Positions 41,952-53,230 of a stretch of DNA of 64,000 bases are shown here, one piece after another (positions within the stretch are counted from its first letter, which is position 1; the number at the start of each line of letters is the position of its first letter). The position numbers and the translations under genes were made by a program. The notes beneath the pieces are model-generated. The model did not search any database, had not been told where the DNA came from, and saw nothing but the letters and a program-made list of their open reading frames with translations. Origin of the DNA: Botryllus schlosseri (Eukaryota); NCBI GenBank assembly GCA_051294905.1, contig CM119371.1:13518001-13582000 (forward strand). The letters are read 5' to 3'.

Positions 41952-44198
41952 CTGAATAGGGCTTCATTCGAATACCTGCAAATTTACTTTGCATGTCGAG
42001 TATAAGGATAATTTAATCAGCACTAAAACGCTAACGGACTAGCCGCAGGCGCACAATTCTCGGCGTTATAACTAAACAAAGTTTTCGCTGCAGGTACGCG
42101 ATTCCTAACTCGCAGTTACGGTTTCTACAGTTTCCACATTTTACGACGTATTTTCATTAGACGCATACAAGCGATTCCCAAGGTCGGGGCTATGGAAACA
42201 AATCAAGCATGAGTACGTGATTCTAAGGTCGTACCATCTCCAACCCCTGAGGCTATTACGTTCATCGCTCACCGCCAGACTATCGCCGTGGGTGTTTTAT
42301 GTTCATCGCTCACCGCTAGACTATTGCCGTTTATATTTATGAGCAAATTTCGAGAACTATGATGTCTACGCAAGACTATATTCGCAAGATATTCTATTAT
42401 GTGTATTTAGTGCTGTGTATTTTCATAATAAATCGCTTCCGAGAAATAAAAACACGACGTTTTTTGTAAGATGAATATCAATTTTAATGAAACAATAAAA
42501 AAGTAAAAAAGCGCGAAAAAATAATTTGTAAAGTAGATAGAAAATTACTTATTCATGACATAATAATAATTCTACTTGTACACATTTTCCACATTTTATA
42601 CACTTTTAGTAGTACCCAACAGTCTCAGTTGTGAATAAAATTCGGAATATAAACTAATTGAATAATTCACGAAGTCCTGATACGCTATATCGGAGTTTAA
42701 AATATTACTCATCCACATGAGTCGAGATGTTAATTAACTCATGTTTTCAATACAACTGAGGTCCTATTCCATTATTCCATGCAACACTATGTTGGCAACA
42801 GGTCTGATTTGAACACACTAATTTCCCGAATTAACTTATCGCCCACCACGGACACTCAATGAAGAACACCCTGGAGCATTCTCATAAATGCTATTCAATT
42901 CTTGACATATAATATACTGAGCATATAATAAGCTGACAAAACTTATACTTGAGTACTCCGAAATGTGCAAGTACTTTACCTTTACACGACGTTTTTTTGT
43001 AAAATGAATACTAATTTTATTGAAAAGTAAAAAAACGCAAAAAACAATTTGTAAAGTAAATAGAGAAACTACTTATTCATGACATAATAAAAATTTTACT
43101 TGTATACTTTTCACATTTTATAACACTTTTAGTAGTACTTAACAGTTTCAGCTTTAAATAAAATTCGGAATATAAACTAATCGGAAAATTCGGTAATCAA
43201 TTCCGCGTAGGATGCATACAAACGAGGAAAGTTACATCAACGAGTGTTAACTATGTGTATTATGTAGCTTGTAATTCATGCAAGTAAGTCGGACAAATTC
43301 GTCGCATGAACATAACGACATGAAAATTTTGTCGAGTAGATCTTTTTTCGGTATACTAAATTTGATATTGTTCCATACCGATTTGGAAGAGAGCACACTT
43401 AATTTCGTAATGTATCTAGATAACTACTTTTATTAAACTAATCGAAACATTCATGAAGTTCCGATACACTATATTTGAGCTTTTAAAAATTATTCATCAC
43501 AATGAGTAGAGATGTAGTTAAGTAAATCATGTTTTCGATTTTAATCATTACCTCACTTCCAAAAACCAACAAAATAGATTACTTTTACTAGTACTTGAAA
43601 GTTTAATTTTTAGATAAAATTCGGAATATAAACTATTTGAAAAGTTCACGAAGTCCTGATAGGCTATATTTTAGTGTAAAAAATTATTCATCTTCATGAT
43701 TCGAGATGTTAAGTAACTCATGTTTTCAACATGAGGTAAGCGCGAAGTACGCAAAATTCGATAACATACAAATACCAAAAATTGCGCTATCCTTCAGAGT
43801 TGATAATTTTAATTCTTGTAACAAAGATTTCTGTGCACAATTTATGTTTATCGTAAGTCCTGCACGTTCATGATTTCATCCGAGTTTGAGTTTCAGAAAA
43901 TATTATACCGACATCGCGACATCTTTCAAAAACAAAACCACGGTCACTGCTTGAGAGACCTATCAATGTGATCACAATAATTTAGTTACTTCCACAGAAG
44001 AGTAGATATGTATTTGACTTACGTTCCACAAAGCTAACGCGAAAACAATTTACTTTACTAACTAGAAGTGGTGAGTTATCGAATGATTTCTCCTTACATC
44101 AAAACAACTAGAATGTGGAACTATATTAAGAAAACGTTCCTAACCCTTTGTACACCGCTGATAAATCGCACAAGCTACGAGTTTCGAGAATCGAGATA

Positions 44199-45610
44199 TA
44201 CATAGTCAATTTTAATAATAGAATTAGCATGCTAAACATTTAATTCTCACATTGAAAGTTGATACGCAGTGGTAGGACATAATAACAATGCACCATACCA
44301 AATTTCATCACACATTTCATGATGTAACACTTTTAAAACTAACGCATTTCTATACCAACTTTTGCGCAAATCTGTTTTTCGGTAGCGCAGCACGTACCTA
44401 TACATAGTAAGCTTTTATAACGGTATTACCATGCTAATAATCAAATCCCCACCCTGAAACTTGGTACGTAGTTGTAGGACAATATGACAATGCACCATAC
44501 CAAATTTCGTCAAACATTTTATGATGGAGCAACTATAAAATTAACGCAGTTCCATACCAATTTTGCCTTAATCTGTTTTTCGCTAGCGTGTACCTATACA
44601 TAGTCAGCTTTAATAACGGAATTACCATCCTAATATGTGACTCCTCACCTTGAAACTTGGTACGTAGTTGTAGGACATTGCGCTTATGCAGCATACCAAA
44701 TTTCGTCACACATTTCATAATGAAACAACTTTAAAACTAACGCAGTTCTATACCAACTTTTGCGTAAATCTGTTTTTCGGTAGCGTGTACCTATACATAG
44801 TCAGTTTTAATAACGGAATAACCATGCTAATATGTGACTCCTCACCTTGGAACTTGCTACGTAGTTGTGGGACATTGCGATTATGCAGCATACCAAATTT
44901 CGTCACACATTTCATGATGGAACAGCTTTAAAACTAACGCAGTTCTATACCAACTTTTGCGTAAATCTGTTTTCGGTAGCGTGGCACGTACCTATACATA
45001 GTAAGCTTTAATAACGGAATTACCATGCTAAGAATCAAATCCCCACCCTGAAACTTGGTACGCAGTTGTAGGACATTATGAAAATACACCATACCGAATT
45101 TCGTCAGACATTTCATGATGTAACACCTTTAAAACCAACGCAGTTCTCTACCGACTTTTGGCTGAATCTGTTTTTCCGTAGCGCAGCACGTACCTATACA
45201 TAGTCAACTTTAATAACGGAATTACCATGTTAATAATCGACTCCCCGCCTTGATACACGGTACGCAGTTGTAAGACATTATGACAATGCACCATGTCAAA
45301 TTTTGTTACCCATTTCATGATTGAACAACTTTAAAACTAACGCAGTTCTATATACCGACTTTTTCGTAAATCTCTTTTGCGGGAGCGTAGCACGTACCTA
45401 TGCATAGTCAACTTTAATAACAGAATTACCATGCTAAACATTGAATGCGCAACTGTGTAGGACATCATGACAATGGACCAAATCAAATTTCATCACACAT
45501 TTCATGATGGAACACCTTCAAAACTAACGCAGTTCTATACCGACTTCGCGTGAATCTGTTTTGCGGGAGCGTAACACGAACCTATGCGTAGTCAATTTTA
45601 ATGACGGGAT
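44199..45610. repeat. tandem array, ~7 units of ~200 bp
   Basis: TACATAGT anchor at 44199, 44401, 44597, 44794, 44995, 45197, 45401, 45585 (periods 184-204 bp). Most units contain the inverted pair GAAACTTGGTA...TACCAAATTTC. Confidence 0.92.
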
Positions 45611-47560
45611 TATTGATTTAATTAAGTTTCAACACCTTTACAATGATTCGTCTTGCTTCCTATAACATCCCACTCGAAGCCCTCGTTATGAGGCTGTGAT
45701 CTCGGTCTGAGCTATGTCTTGAAGCCCACCCGAATCTGCAAATTGTTTCGATTTATTCTGCCCGTTTTAATTTAAGATAAGGAAGCCCATTTCACTCAAT
45801 GTATCGATGCCTACGGTACTCTACAAAATTTTCTGATTAATTCTCCCCATATTAATTTATCACAAGATAGATGATTTGACTCCTAAAGTACGAAATACTT
45901 GTTTGCTTGAGCTAAGCCGCAGCGCTTGGAGTGGGATTTTACGAGGTATGTGGACTCATTTCGAAGGGTTCTATGCCATAGGAGCTTACTTTACGCTCAA
46001 ATTCGATTCCCACACATTCCATATAACTACTAACAGAACCATTGAGTACCAGCCTTGAAATTTTGTGTAGTACTAGATGGCATGTATACAATTTCATGCC
46101 ATCCGACAGTACGACGGAGACTATCCAAATATCGAAAGAAGTCCTCTATTCTTTTTTGAAATATTCAAGGTTTCATCAGGACTTCCCTTTATATAAACTC
46201 CAGCAGAATCACTAATAACCTCTCAAGTTTACTCAATTTACTCTAATTTAATACTCGAGTACTAAATCCCTATTCTCCGCAAGTATGATAGAGGCTATCG
46301 CTCGATACTCAACGATTCGTAATTTTGCTGGAATACAAGTACAATTAGGGATTTAAAAGTAACTAATATAGGTGGTTATGTTTGTAGATTATTTACACTA
46401 CTACATATCGGTTTTTCAGGAGAAACTACCTACTTTTAGGACTTTATATTTTAAAGTAGTTTGAGGTTACTTTTGTATCACCTTGACAAGTGCTATTATC
46501 AAAAACTGGTTTTACTAAACTCTTACACTTTCACTAAACTTCTACACTGAATCTTGTAAAGTAGATAGAAAAGGAAAATTATTAACACAAGGTAAGCGAG
46601 AAGCACGCAAATTTCGATTTCATACAAATACCATAAATTGCGCTAACTTTCAGAGTTGTTAAGTATAGAAGTACTCGTACTTCCTGAGAATACCCAAGTA
46701 GGTTTTTTGCCTACATGCACCAAATACTCTCAAGTCCTTATGATATTGGAGTACATCAACTTCGTGATAGCTACAGTATTAAACAGAAATAGACCTAGAG
46801 TACTAACGTTTTACTTACTCGGAAATGACTACTTCTACCTTATTCCTCGCTCGGAGCGAAATTTCATGTGGTTTTGGATAATATCCAAGAAGTAGGCTCA
46901 CTTTGAAGCGTACTTCGTAAAACTCAAATATTGCGCAGTGAGAGTTCGCAAATTCTCGAAGTATTTTTGTTATTTTTATTGCGATAAGTCATTCTGCAGC
47001 GCGAAAATGCGTAGTAGGATATAGATGAAACTAGCACCACTCATCAAGACCACTGAAAACAGTACATTTCAACATTTAGTAGCAGTAAATTTCTAGTAAA
47101 GTACAAGAAGTGATGATTTCCGAGTGAGTTAAAAAGTAAGTATTGAAGGTATAGTTTACCCGAAAACCGAAGAAAACTCTGAAATAGAAGTAGCAGTGTA
47201 AATAGTTAATCACTCGATAAAGTATAGTGCAAGCAGATAAAACCTATACTTGAGTACTAAAAATGCACGAGTACTTCGCTATCGACTCCCTGCACGTAAA
47301 AAGTGACTACGGTTTAAGACTAGATTTACCGATACTCGGCGATTTCAGTTTTAGATAAAATTCGGAAACCAAGTAATTTCATAAACATAAGCTAATTAAA
47401 TGAATTTACGCGAATGTACTATGCCGCGCTGATAAGCTTATTTATAATATACTCATCATGTTACAGTGATTTTTCTAGCGGAGAAAATCTTTTTAATGTA
47501 GTAAGCAGGCCAAAATGAAGATATTTGTTGAGCTGAATAAACATAAATAATACTCTAGAC

Positions 47561-49541
47561 CAGTGGTTCTCAACCTTTTTCACCTCGCGGACCGGTAAAA
47601 TTTCGAAATATATTATGCGGACCGGTAGACCTTACAAAATTGAAATCAACCAAAAATGTAATGTAGGCAACCGTTTTTCCGCAAGTGTGGTACTAGAGCA
47701 CGGTGGCCAACCGTTTTGCTATTCACGGCCGCATTTTGATTACGTATTTGGCCTACGTCCGCATTCCAGGAAATAGTCATAAGGAACGCGAAATGCCCAT
47801 TTTAAACTGATCATGTCCATTTCTGGTGAACTCCGGACTAATCTACTTGTTCACATCGTCATACTATACGCACCGAAATCACGACATAGTGATAATGTTA
47901 AGAATAAGCACTGGGAACGGTCGTGGTCGCGCGAAGCGCGAAAACTTTTAACGATTCACGAATGAATTTCGTCATTAATATTCGTAGTTCCACATGTTAC
48001 TATCAAATATTTATCCTTTCTCAGCCAATGCGATCAGATTCATCGGTAGAGTGCATGGAGGGAGTGATTTTGAAAATTTAGGGCACAAATAAACGATGAT
48101 GCATCTTCGAGTGGGCCAATTGTTATTGTAGTAGGGTTGCCATATTTTGGAATTCTTAAAAGAGGACACTTTTCCAAAATTTTCAGGCTTACAATACCGG
48201 AAAAAAATTGGTTACTTTACTCCGAATTTGTAGTTGGTTGATAAAAAAAGGTCATCACTTCCATTCGACTTCAATTTCACCCACTTTTACTTGAGTTTAG
48301 TGGTCTTGACTAAAACGAAAAAGAGGTCGTCTTTCTGGCTCAACTCCCGAACGACCAGCCTTAGCGTTACTTGAGTACTTATTTCCTATATCTCAGTCCA
48401 ATTATCACATACATTTAATCAAAATTTTAAAAAAGATGGCATTTGGGCGTCCTCCGAGGACACTTTCAAAAAACTTCGAAAAGGAGGAGGACGTATGATA
48501 ACCCTATGTCACTTTGTTGCGTGTTGTTATTTCTTGACCTCCTATCAGAATTGTCGGTATAGTGGAAAGATATTGGAATCTTTCAAACGACCAGAAACAA
48601 ATTTCTTTCGTGAGGAGCGCACGATTCCAAGTTGGTATTTCTATATGGAGTGCATCATTTTCCTCCGCGGTTCGCATCTGTTTTGTGGTGCTCAGATTGC
48701 AAAGGGCGCTACAACTATATTAAAATCGAAAAAAGAATTCACATTGAATCGTGCGTAGCGTGAAGAAAATTTCAAGATTAAATAAAATATCTCAAAAAGG
48801 TAAGAGTTAATTCGTAATTTTAATTTTCTTGTCGACGGCCGCCAACACCTACTAATTGAATTGCGTGTCCACGGCCGCAAAAATTTATATTTCTACGGTC
48901 GCAGGTTACCCCCTCTGTACCAGAGAGCGACATTTTCAGGGTTTTTTTCGTAATTAAATATGTTTATGATGGTATTCATGTGATTTTACGGTGCTGAGTC
49001 GAGGTAAAATTGACTTGCCCAGATAAGCACAGGCTATAATTACGCGCCGAATGCCGTGGATTGTAACCGACCGCACCAACTCGAATAATATTATTCTCTT
49101 CGACAATATCCAGAGATGAAGCGTTTTGGAGTAGGACCAATCACCTTGTCCAGCTATGTTGTTCATCTCCCACTACTACCAGCCATAGCCTACTACGAGT
49201 GAAATGCGCCACACGAAACCACCCGGCAACGGCGATACCTGGCCTTCCACAAAATTATGGAATCGAAAACGAACGATTGTACGAATTATGTGGTTTAGCG
49301 AGTCACCGGAGACAGCTTGGACTTGGACAAGTCAAATCGATCATGTTTCCGGGCCTATAATCCTACCTCACGAAGTTCTGCATCAGTTCGAAATTTGACG
49401 TTTTATTATTTTACCAATGGACAAGCCTTCAACATCTTGCATCTTGAAATTAAGTTATAAAATCCTAATTTACCTTGCGGACCGGCAGAAATGTCGTCGC
49501 GGACCGGCACCGGTCCGCGGACCGGCGGTTGAGAACCACTG
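47561..49541. mobile_element. Charlie-type hAT MITE with nested elements
   Basis: TIRs CAGTGGTTCTCAACC / GGTTGAGAACCACTG; perfect TSD CTCTAGAC. Contains 47699-48917 (TSD TACTAGAG/TACCAGAG), which itself contains ~48132-48506. Confidence 0.88.
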
Positions 49542-50967
49542 CTCTAGACTACTTTATCGGTACTTTACAGTTTCAGTTTTAGATAACATTTTCCCCTTTC
49601 ACCTATTATTACAACTCCTCGCTATCTAAACATGTTTAGAATATATTATTTGCGATGATATGAACCCGTAAAGTACTCAACTAGCTTTTCGTAGAATATA
49701 GATGAAACTGACAACAGTCACCAAGACCACTGGCCCACTGAAAAAAGTACATTCAACATTTTAGTAGCAGTAAAGTCCAACTAAAGTACATGAAGTGATG
49801 ATTTCCGAGTGAGTTAAAAAGTAAGTATTGAAGGTATAGTTTGCTCGAATACCGATAAACTCTGAAATAGAAGTAGATGCAGTGTAAATAGTTAATCACT
49901 TCATTAAATATAGCGCAAGCAGGCCAAACCTATACTTGAGTACTCCGAAAATGTACAAGTACTTCGCTATGTACCCCCTCCACGTAAAAAGTGACTAGGT
50001 TTTAGACTACTTTATCGGTACTTGACAGTTTAAGTTTTAGATAAAATTTGGTAAGACTTTAAATTTTCTAGTAGTTTTAGCTTGCGTTTGTATCACCTTG
50101 AAAAGTAACATTATCAGACATGAAAATGATATTATCACCTAATACAGAAGTTAACACACGTCAATGTTCTTCGGAATTCACGAGAAATTGCTTACTAAGA
50201 GAAGTATATTCTTGTATACACAATAGTGGAGAGAATATTTAAAATGTAGTAAGCAGCCCGATGGGTATTCGTTGAGTTGTATAAGCATAAAAAACATTCC
50301 CGCGCGCTCCTAAATCTAACTCTTCCTAACCCTATACTATAGTAAGACGCGCGCGGGTGACGGGGCAATGGGCGTCCTAGAAGCGTGGCAATTAAGGCAA
50401 CATGGTGAAACTTGATTGGTGCGTACCAATTTGACCAACCCCTACTACTAATGTAGCCTACTAAACTAAAAGTTCACACGATTTCAAATTGGTATTTCTT
50501 CACTGCCATATTATTTTTCCGTGTGGGATGGTATTTGTCTTATGCGCCGTTGGACAATTAAACCTGTGTGTATTTTGTAGGACTATATATAACGAAGTTT
50601 TCGGTCATTATAAGGGAAGTGCCTTTAGGCCAAGGTTTTCTCGTCGCCGATCGTTCTGGCACACGTCTTAGAGTTGCATATTACATGGCCTAAAACTTTA
50701 TGCATTGGTGCGTCGTGACGCGGTAATGACCAACGCCGATATGCCCATTTCTTTAAATGTTGTGTATTTTTTCTTGGGGGGTAAGAGTACCCAATAGTAA
50801 AGATATTTGCCACGTTGAAATCGCGCACAGCGCGAATTTTTTTCAGAAAGTTCCACAAATTGCCAAAAAATACTCTATAATTTATGCTAATTCACCAAAT
50901 AATTTTGGGCCCCTTCGAGCTCGCCCCCCCTAATTGGGGGGTTTGGGGCGCGGTAGTTACGGCCCTG

Positions 50968-51350
50968 ATTCTGCCATCGAAAAAAAACTTGATTGATAAT
51001 CCTATTTGCGTGGAAAATTACCAGACCGATAGATTTCAACCGATGTGGTTCATTCCTTCATTTATGTACTTTGGAGTATAGTTTAATCAAAATCTGACCA
51101 CCCAATTTGTGCCAACAGAACGAGTTTGTGTATAATCTACAATAGTACATTTTTCGCAAACCGTCTTTTCGCCATGATAGATTGTATTTTCATGGCGCTG
51201 ATGCCATATTTGGTGATACGATTGTTGATATAGAATATTCTTTTCAATTCTCTAATACTTGCCGACGATTTCCGACGAGTGTTAACCGAAAATATTTTGG
51301 TTTGTTTCAGTATGAATATATTATATTATATACCGAAATTCTTGACGTCT
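50968..51350 (+). mobile_element. old Penelope-like element, piece 3: GIY-YIG C-terminal half and pLTR
   Basis: NLIDNPICVENYQTDRF...LCQQNEFVYNLQ is homologous to 52840-53030. The pLTR at ~51200-51350 is homologous to 53060-53230, with a mutated hammerhead core at 51261-51300. Confidence 0.75.
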
Positions 51351-51413
51351 AAGAGTCTTTGGCAATTTATCTTCTACCTCCAGGTTATTATTTACTCATG
51401 GTAAAAGCTGATC

Positions 51414-51426
51414 ATGGCTGAAGGGG
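51414..51426 (+). CDS. NLR gene, putative start exon (MAEG)
   Basis: ATG GCT GAA GGG G|GTAAGG phase-1 donor; upstream acceptor cttctacctccag ending at 51383; 64-bp intron to the next exon. Confidence 0.5.
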
Positions 51427-51490
51427 GTAAGGATGTCGCTTATTTGGTGTTTTTACACTTAATTTATACGAGGTAAAAATTTCATTCCAG

Positions 51491-51589
51491 CCTCTTGTAT
51501 TCAAGGCACGGGTCGCGATGTCAACGTGACAGTGAGAGATCAAGCAACAATACAAGTGACTTTTAATCCAAGTACGTCAGATCCCAAAG
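51491..51589 (+). CDS. NLR gene, putative N-terminal exon (beta-prone motif)
   Basis: ttcattccag| 99 bp |GTGAGT, open in phase 1-1: (A)SCIQGTGRDVNVTVRDQATIQVTFNPSTSDPK. Confidence 0.55.
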
Positions 51590-51780
51590 GTGAGTTGGGT
51601 TAATGACTGGCGGCTCGTGTCAATAACGGGTAGTGGGGCAAGGGATCCACCCGATGTTTGTTGTCTAAATGTGGTCACCATGGTGTATTCCGACGTGGAA
51701 ATGTGACTTCGTGGTGGTCATACACAGTTTATATGGGGTATAGACACTGGGCATGGTTACCTAGGCTAATGTATTTGAAA

Positions 51781-52077
51781 TTATTCTGAAGAAAATATAG
51801 TACAGTATAGTCCACCTGCATACTTTAACGTTTGTATGAGTAGGCCAATTGTGCGCGTGTGGCGTGATTTAATAGTTGCAAAATGTTTAATGACGAGTTC
51901 ATTGAAATCCGGAATATCCAGAATAACGACGTTGTGAATCGAGACCCCAGCTAAAGCATCGAGTCTATCTTTACACATCCAAATTCTAAGAAAAGTCTCG
52001 ATGTGTTTCAATGTGCTGAAACCACGCTCAGGCTTCATGTTGTGATATGCGTAACCGCTATTCCGGAATAACTTCAA
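51781..52077 (-). mobile_element. hAT (Tip100/ZMYM1-like) transposase C-terminal remnant
   Basis: PERGFSTLKHIETFLRIWMCKDRLDALAGVSIH...VIKHFATIKSR resembles the hATC dimerisation domain. Confidence 0.7.
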
Positions 52078-52690
52078 TATGAGCCTGTAGAATCTATAAA
52101 TAGAAATGACAAGGCTGGACGTTATTTTTTCATTAAATATTTCTTACTAAATTTTGGTACCAGATATTAAGATCATACCCTATGGCAGGGATTCTCAACT
52201 TCCCATGCACCGCGGGCCGCATTTGAGCAATAATAGATGCAACGGGCCGCAGATCATTTTTATCACGCATTTGTATTATTTGGTTCCCCGTCGGCTTGTT
52301 TCACCTGTCCTATCCTGATGTCTAATTCATTCTTATGAATTTAAAAAAAATAAGTGGACATACTTGGACAGTGTTCGTAATTCTGCATTTGTAATCACGT
52401 TCTAGAGCGAATTATACCAAACAACAAGTGTCTGTTCCTTCACATGCAATCTATAAAACAGAGTACAATTGTTGACTTAGTGAGAGTTTTGAGTCTGCAT
52501 TTTGTTTACAAGCACTTTAGAATCCGGTTGCAGCTCCGTTGTAGCAGCTCTCATGTAATCTTCCAAATGTATGTCAGTTATACGGGTGCGCTCTTTTGAT
52601 TTTATCATTCCCATGGCAGAGAAAGAGGCTTCACATAAATAAGTGGATCCGAAACAACAGAGAATCTTATGAGCACACAAAATCAATGCT

Positions 52691-53230
52691 ATTAAATAGT
52701 ATATTCATATTGAAATGAACCCGAATATTTTCGGCTGACACTCGCCCAGATTTATCAGAACACGTGCGTAACGCGATGTGAAAAGCTCACCCTTAACTCA
52801 TCCACTTAAGATTGATGCTGATCGATCAAAGGCCATTAATTCTGCCATCGGCAAACATCTGTTGGATAATACGATTTGTGCGAATAATTATCGAGACGAC
52901 GGATTTCGAATCGTAGGTCGAGGCCGTTCACAATTCCATTTGTGTGCCTTGGAATCAACTTTTATCAAAATACACCAACCAAAACTCTGTCAACAAAAGG
53001 AGTTAGTGTATCACCTAAAAATAGTACATTGAACGCTCTCTCATTCGAAATTTCATGTCGGTGACGTCATATTTTGTGATACGATTGTTGATATACAATG
53101 TTCTTTCCAATTCTCTACTAGTTGCTGACGATTACCCCTGACGAGTGTCAGCCGAAAATATTCGGGTTCATTTCAATATGAATATACTATTTAATTGCAT
53201 ATTGAAGTTCTGTACCTCCAAGAAGCTCTT
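52691..53230 (+). mobile_element. 5'-truncated Penelope-like retroelement with inverted pLTR
   Basis: 13-bp TSD CAAAATCAATGCT (52678-52690 / 53231-53243). ORF 52778-53032 SAIGKHLLDN.ICANNY...HLCALESTFIKIHQPKLCQQKE matches a PLE GIY-YIG C-terminus. Perfect 54-bp inverted repeat 52691-52744 / 53142-53195. Confidence 0.88.
53124..53167 (+). ncRNA. minimal type I hammerhead ribozyme in Penelope pLTR
   Basis: Helix I ACCC/GGGT, core CTGACGA, G-C-closed helix II, GAA, palindromic helix III AATATT, cleavage triplet UUC (C53163). Upstream GCTGAC is complementary to loop-II GTCAGC. Confidence 0.7.

Larger units (their letters stand above)
37509..50447. mobile_element. large TAGTAG-ended non-autonomous DNA transposon (Academ-like termini)
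   Basis: TIR TAGTAGGGGTTGGTCAAATTGGT.GCACCAATCAA extends ~95 bp with ATTGCCACG repeats and is mirrored at ~50355-50447. Flanks GTA/CTA. No transposase ORF. Confidence 0.7.
36747..50967. mobile_element. hAT MITE shell (CAGGGCCGTAAC TIR) expanded to 14.2 kb by nested insertions
   Basis: TIRs CAGGGCCGTAAC / GTTACGGCCCTG; perfect TSD ATTCTGCC. The left ~350 bp is tandemly duplicated (~36757 and ~37113). Confidence 0.85.

Noticed and set aside
44199..45610. CRISPR-like regular repeat array
   Set aside because: Whole ~200-bp units repeat with no unique spacers, there are no cas genes, and the context is eukaryotic.
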